This document shows positions 59,392-64,000 of a stretch of 64,000 nucleotides of DNA, in pieces. A model generated the notes under the pieces. It ran no database searches. It saw only the letters and a list, made by a program, of their open reading frames with translations, and was not told where the DNA came from. The stretch spans positions 3,844,001 through 3,908,000 of the forward strand of contig OZ024754.1 in the NCBI GenBank assembly GCA_964016885.1. The letters run 5' to 3'. Positions within the stretch are counted from its first letter, which is position 1. Every line of letters starts with the position of its first letter. The position numbers were made by a program, and so were the translations under genes. The stretch comes from Eledone cirrhosa (lineage: Eukaryota).

Positions 59392-59795
59392 ATGTAGAGT
59401 GATGGACAGAGAGAGAGAAAGAAAGAGAGAGAGAAATAGTGAGAGAGATAGAGAGAGAGAGAAAGAGAGAGTGAGAAAGAGAGACGAAGATATGTAGAAG
59501 TGAGAAGAAGAAATTTAGAAAGATTTGTAGAGGAGCTGCAGGAGACAGAAAAAAAAACAAAAAAACAAACAAACAAGAGAAATAGAAAGTGAGTTAGTAT
59601 GGCGAAAAGGAAGATAGTAAGAAGAAATACATAGATACATAGATATATAGAATAATAGATATATAGATATATAGATAATAACTAGAAGATATATAAGAAA
59701 TACATTGATAGAAATAAATATGGAAAGATCAAAACTAAATGAAACAATGAAAGTCGGAAAAATATAAAGTTATAATAGAAGCAACGTATTCCTGG

Positions 59796-59993
<198 letters not shown>

Positions 59994-60003
59994 TATATAT
60001 ATA

Positions 60004-60197
60004 TAGGGAAATGTTTAACCCCGACGGCAGAACTCAAACCGTTTCGACGGGTATTTTCGAACTCCAGAAATAGCCGTCGAAACGGCTTGAGCTCTGCAGT
60101 CGGAGTTAAACATTTTCCTATTACCCACTCTACTACCCTAAGTATTGAGTACTCTGGTGCGTTATGGTCCATCTGGTTCCTTACCACACTCCCTTTG

Positions 60198-60200
<3 letters not shown>
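60004..60200 (+). mobile_element. Family D fold-back element, opposite orientation
   Basis: Short arm from (ta)n|tagggaaatg. Long arm gccgtcGAAAcggcttgagctctgcagTCgg...gtattgagtactctggtgcgttatggtcc. Confidence 0.8.
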
Positions 60201-60262
<62 letters not shown>

Positions 60263-60264
60263 CA

Positions 60265-60326
60265 GTATATTAATAAATGGAAACTATATTTATAAAACCA
60301 TATTTATTTTATTATATATATTTCAA
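60265..60326 (-). mobile_element. Family C 3' fragment, truncated next to the Helitron start
   Basis: taataaatggaaactatatttataaaaccatatttatttttattatatatatttc. Confidence 0.65.
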
Positions 60327-60328
60327 TA

Positions 60329-61450
60329 TCTTTATATATATAAAAGCGAGGATGTGTGTGTATATGTGTACAACTTTGGATACCTAAGGCTTTTACAATT
60401 ACCAACCGAATTTGACCAAATTTTCTGTGCACGATGCACAGGTCGCTAAGATGGTCACATCAGAAACATTTTTCCGATCGACCCACGTTGAGCAATAAAA
60501 ATCGATATCAAAATTATCGGTAGCAAAATTGGAACATACTGAATAGGAACATACTGAATAGGATTTTTCCTGAATGTCCACGGATATATAAATCTATCTA
60601 TACTGTATGTGATCCACAGGATGCGGTCAACTATCCAGTTGAATTTCTAAATTCTTTAAATCCTCCTGGTTTACCTCCTAATACATTGATTCTGAAAGAA
60701 GGAACTCCAGTTATTTTGCTGAGAAATATCACTCCTCCAAAACTATGCAATGGTACACGCCTTGTGGTTAAAAAACTCTCTCCAATTAGTATTGACGCTA
60801 CCATTCTACCCGGATGGGGAAAAGGCGAGGACGTGATAATAACAAAAGTTAGCCTGACTACATCAGGCGTGGATACTCACTTCTCCTTTCGCCGAACCCA
60901 ATTTCCCCTTCGTGTTACCTTTGCGATGTCCATAAACAAGTTGCAAGGCCAAACTCTGTCCGTCACTGGAATTCACATGGATGAACCTTGCTTTTCGCAC
61001 GGACAATTCTACGTTGCCTGCTCACGAGTTGGCAGTCGAGATAATCTCTTTGCGTTTGTTCCGAAAAGAAATACAAAGAATATCGTCTATCCTGAAGTGC
61101 TTTAGTGTTAACAAAAAAACTTATTACAGCTCTGCCTTGACTTCACCTTACTCAATACAAAACATATCAATGGATATGTCATGCAGGATATTTTGGATTA
61201 TAAGTTCAAAATTTAACCAAACACAACAAAGGTTGCTCTCAAAGAATAGATTTTCTCTTATTCTACTCTCATTGTTTTTTTGTTTGTATACAACTCTGCT
61301 TTCATTACAACTTTTTGTACTTTAGCAAAACTGACTGTTTTTTTACAGATTTGCAACGTGTATTGTTTTTAATCATTTGTATAACTACATCCTGTTCAGT
61401 GTTTTCCTTCATTATAAACATAGTTTTATGTGTACAACGATTGCACTAAA
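60329..61450 (+). mobile_element. Internally deleted Helitron (3' end not identified)
   Basis: A|TCtttatatatataaaagcgaggatgtgtgtg 5' end, caaccgaatttgaccaaattt motif, then PIF1 helicase C-terminus only ~290 bp downstream. Confidence 0.7.
60617..61105 (+). pseudogene. Helitron RepHel PIF1-family helicase C-terminal fragment
   Basis: NYPVEFLNSLNPPGLPP...LLRNITPPKLCNGTRL...QFPLRVTFAMSINKLQGQTL...FSHGQFYVACSRV...TKNIVYPEVL*. Confidence 0.92.
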
Positions 61451-61505
61451 TATTCGTTTGCATTAATTATTGAAGACTTCTGCTTATTTTGACAGGTTGG
61501 GGACA

Positions 61506-61689
61506 AATAATTGTTTCTACTTTTTGGCACAAGACCAGCAATTATCCAGTACATTACTGGTACTTTATTTTATCGACCCCGCAAGGATGAAAGGCAAAGT
61601 TAACCTCGGCGGGATTTGAACTCAAAATGGCAAGGGCCGTAATTCTATGCGTCAAAGCATGGCGTCCAACCCTCTACCGATACTGCCAA
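61506..61689 (-). mobile_element. SINE-A
   Basis: Reverse complement of head, core and tail. Confidence 0.87.
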
Positions 61690-61754
61690 AAATAAGTTAT
61701 ATACATTTTTAAGCTTGTTGAATCCCAACAAATTAAATATAACCTCTGCATATT

Positions 61755-61781
<27 letters not shown>

Positions 61782-61789
<8 letters not shown>

Positions 61790-62377
61790 ATACTTGGGGA
61801 GGGTCATATTTGTGTAATAATATTGCCAGAATTAATAACAGAACACACTCACTGTTTGGTTGGTTTTCGCTTCTGTGTCTTTTATATCGGTTAATTTAAT
61901 TTATTCGATCCTCAATGTTGCCATTGACTGACCAACGGTCAAAAATACAGATACAATATAGACACAAACACATATAAATATTCTATCAAAATTCTTTCGT
62001 TGCACATCTGCAACATCGTCAGTGTTGCTATTATGTTTCCTCCCGTTGCATTGTATGCTTACGTCATCTTTATTTAGTCTGTTTATTTATTTATCTATTT
62101 GTTTATTTGTTTGTCTTCTCTGCGTATGCGTTTGCGTGTGTGTATAGTGTTTTGTTTGATGTGTGTTCTTGTTTGGGTGACTGTGTATTGGTTAATGTAT
62201 TCTATCTTAGTTTACTAGTGTGTGTTTATATGTGTTTGTTGTTATTGTGCTTGTGTATGTATTTATTTATTTATTTATTTATACTTCTCTTAGGTCAGTG
62301 TTGTTTGTTTGGGTGTTCTGTTATTAATTCTGGCAATATTATTACACAAATATGACCCTCCCCAAGTATAACAATAT
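61782..62377 (-). mobile_element. Family F element (~596 bp) with 65-bp terminal inverted repeats; HHR at 61985-62026 (-)
   Basis: TIRs 61782-61846 / 62313-62377. Minus strand reads aaca-CTGACGA-t-gttgca(gatg)tgcaac-GAAA-gaat-TT-tgat. Confidence 0.78.
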
Positions 62378-62446
62378 TTGTTTCGACACACGATTTTATA
62401 TCAAAAACCTCGCAAAACTAATTCATCGCCGTTATATATACATATA

Positions 62447-62651
62447 GGGCGGTGAATTATACATAAAGGGCTGTGAATTGGCAGTATCGGTAGAGAGTCG
62501 GACATGCTTTCCAGCATAATTACGTCCCTTTACGATCTGAGTTCAAATCCTGCCGAGGTTAACTTTGCCTTTCATCCTTACGGGGTCGATAAAATAAAGT
62601 ACCAGTAATGTACTGGGTAATTGCTGGCCCTGTGCCTTAAATAGAAACAGT

Positions 62652-62653
<2 letters not shown>
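62447..62653 (+). mobile_element. SINE-A with duplicated 5' tip
   Basis: gggcggtgaatt (62447) followed by gggctgtgaattggcagtatcgg (62468) and the full body. Confidence 0.85.
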
Positions 62654-62735
<82 letters not shown>

Positions 62736-64000
62736 CTGAGAGTGTGTATTACACACACACAAACATACACACACGCACATATATATACTGTATATATATA
62801 TATATATATGTATGAAAAGTGTCAGGACCCCAACGGCTGAGATCCGTCCGTTTTCACAGCTAGATCCGAACTACTCGCCCTATTGTGTGTGTATGCGGAG
62901 TGAGTGGAGGAGGACAACATCGACCCAACGGTCACAAAGGCGGCGACAGCAAGCGGTGTGGAGCGCTAGGGCACGGCAAGGCACTACAGACGTCGTGGCC
63001 ATCCATTGCAGTCAAGGAAGTCCCTGGTCGTGACGGTCCTCCGTACCACCGGATTCTGGCTTCTGCGGCGGCCGAGTGAGTGGGACCGTCACTGTGCACT
63101 GGCCCTCCCACTATAAAACTTTCCCGCACAGGTTTCTTCTTTAGCGTGCACTCCCAAAGCCCTGCGGCGATGAGCGAGTGGCGGAGGTAACAGGTGGGGG
63201 TAACCTCTGGGAGTTGCCAGTCTGACTCCGGTTTCTTCCCCTGCCCCCACTGTCCCCGAACCTGCAAGTCAAGGATCGGCCTCCACAGCCACCTTCGTGC
63301 CTACGACAGACGGGAACAACAATAAAGAAGATGTCATCATCGTTTACGATAGACAACCAAGATAAGAAGATAAGAATGTATACGACAGTTTCATGTACCT
63401 CTAAGAATTAATGCTACAGCTCCTCATAAGATGAAAAACAGAGAAACTAGACTTACATATACAAAGAGATCTAAGCATGCGTCTATGATTCACACAACTT
63501 ATAATGGTGTTGAAATAATTATATTAATTATCCTAACTATTTATCTAACATTAATAAAAGTTTCTTTTTACATATTCATTCATCATCTCTCATTATCCAT
63601 TGAATGAGACATCACAATCTCAGTACTATTATATATTTGTGTTCTGTTTTATTTGTTCAGCAGAACCCATTGCGTACTAGATACTTATCACTTCTTTATG
63701 CTCCATTTCCTGTACATATTTTTCTATTTTGCCGATTGCCTATAGCATGACTGATCCAACAGTATTGAGTAATTGTCAGATAGTATACCATTCTATAATG
63801 TCTACCATGTAAAATGCATCTATTCTGACTAAATGGCATGTTCTTTTGTTTCTGGTCGTTTGATTCATTCATATATTTCTTTCTATTTTGTCTTCCTCTC
63901 TTTATTACCAGATTCTTCAACGCTCACAGCCTTGTCTTTCTTTTCATAAATAATGAACGAATAAAACATGACATACACACCAGGAAATAAATATACACTT

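Overview
AT-rich eukaryotic (animal) DNA dominated by microsatellites ((TA)n, (CA)n, (GA)n, tri/tetranucleotide). The SINE types suggest an octopod cephalopod (inference). I found no supportable host protein-coding exon: nearly all track ORFs are translations of simple repeats. The only real coding remnants are a Helitron PIF1-helicase C-terminus (~60.6-61.1 kb) and RTE-clade LINE RT fragments; one of these (18.7-19.3 kb) has a clean 5' inversion and a 13-bp TSD. There are about 15 copies of one tRNA-derived SINE, a second CORE-like SINE, two Helitron derivatives and MITE remnants. The main signal is hidden inside the (TA)n tracts: at least 8 distinct families of 100-600 bp non-coding elements carrying complete or partial type-I hammerhead ribozyme (HHR) motifs (stem I-CUGANGA-stem II-GAAA-short stem III-UH-stem I'), several followed directly by AATAAA. 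Many are fold-backs with a copy-specific apex. This matches Penelope-like element pseudo-LTRs / non-autonomous retrozymes. Visible details include compensatory base changes between copies, a recurrent C.C mismatch in stem II, a CAGAAGA core variant and a TATTGAGTRC tail motif shared across families. All folds were paired by eye; none was computed or tested.
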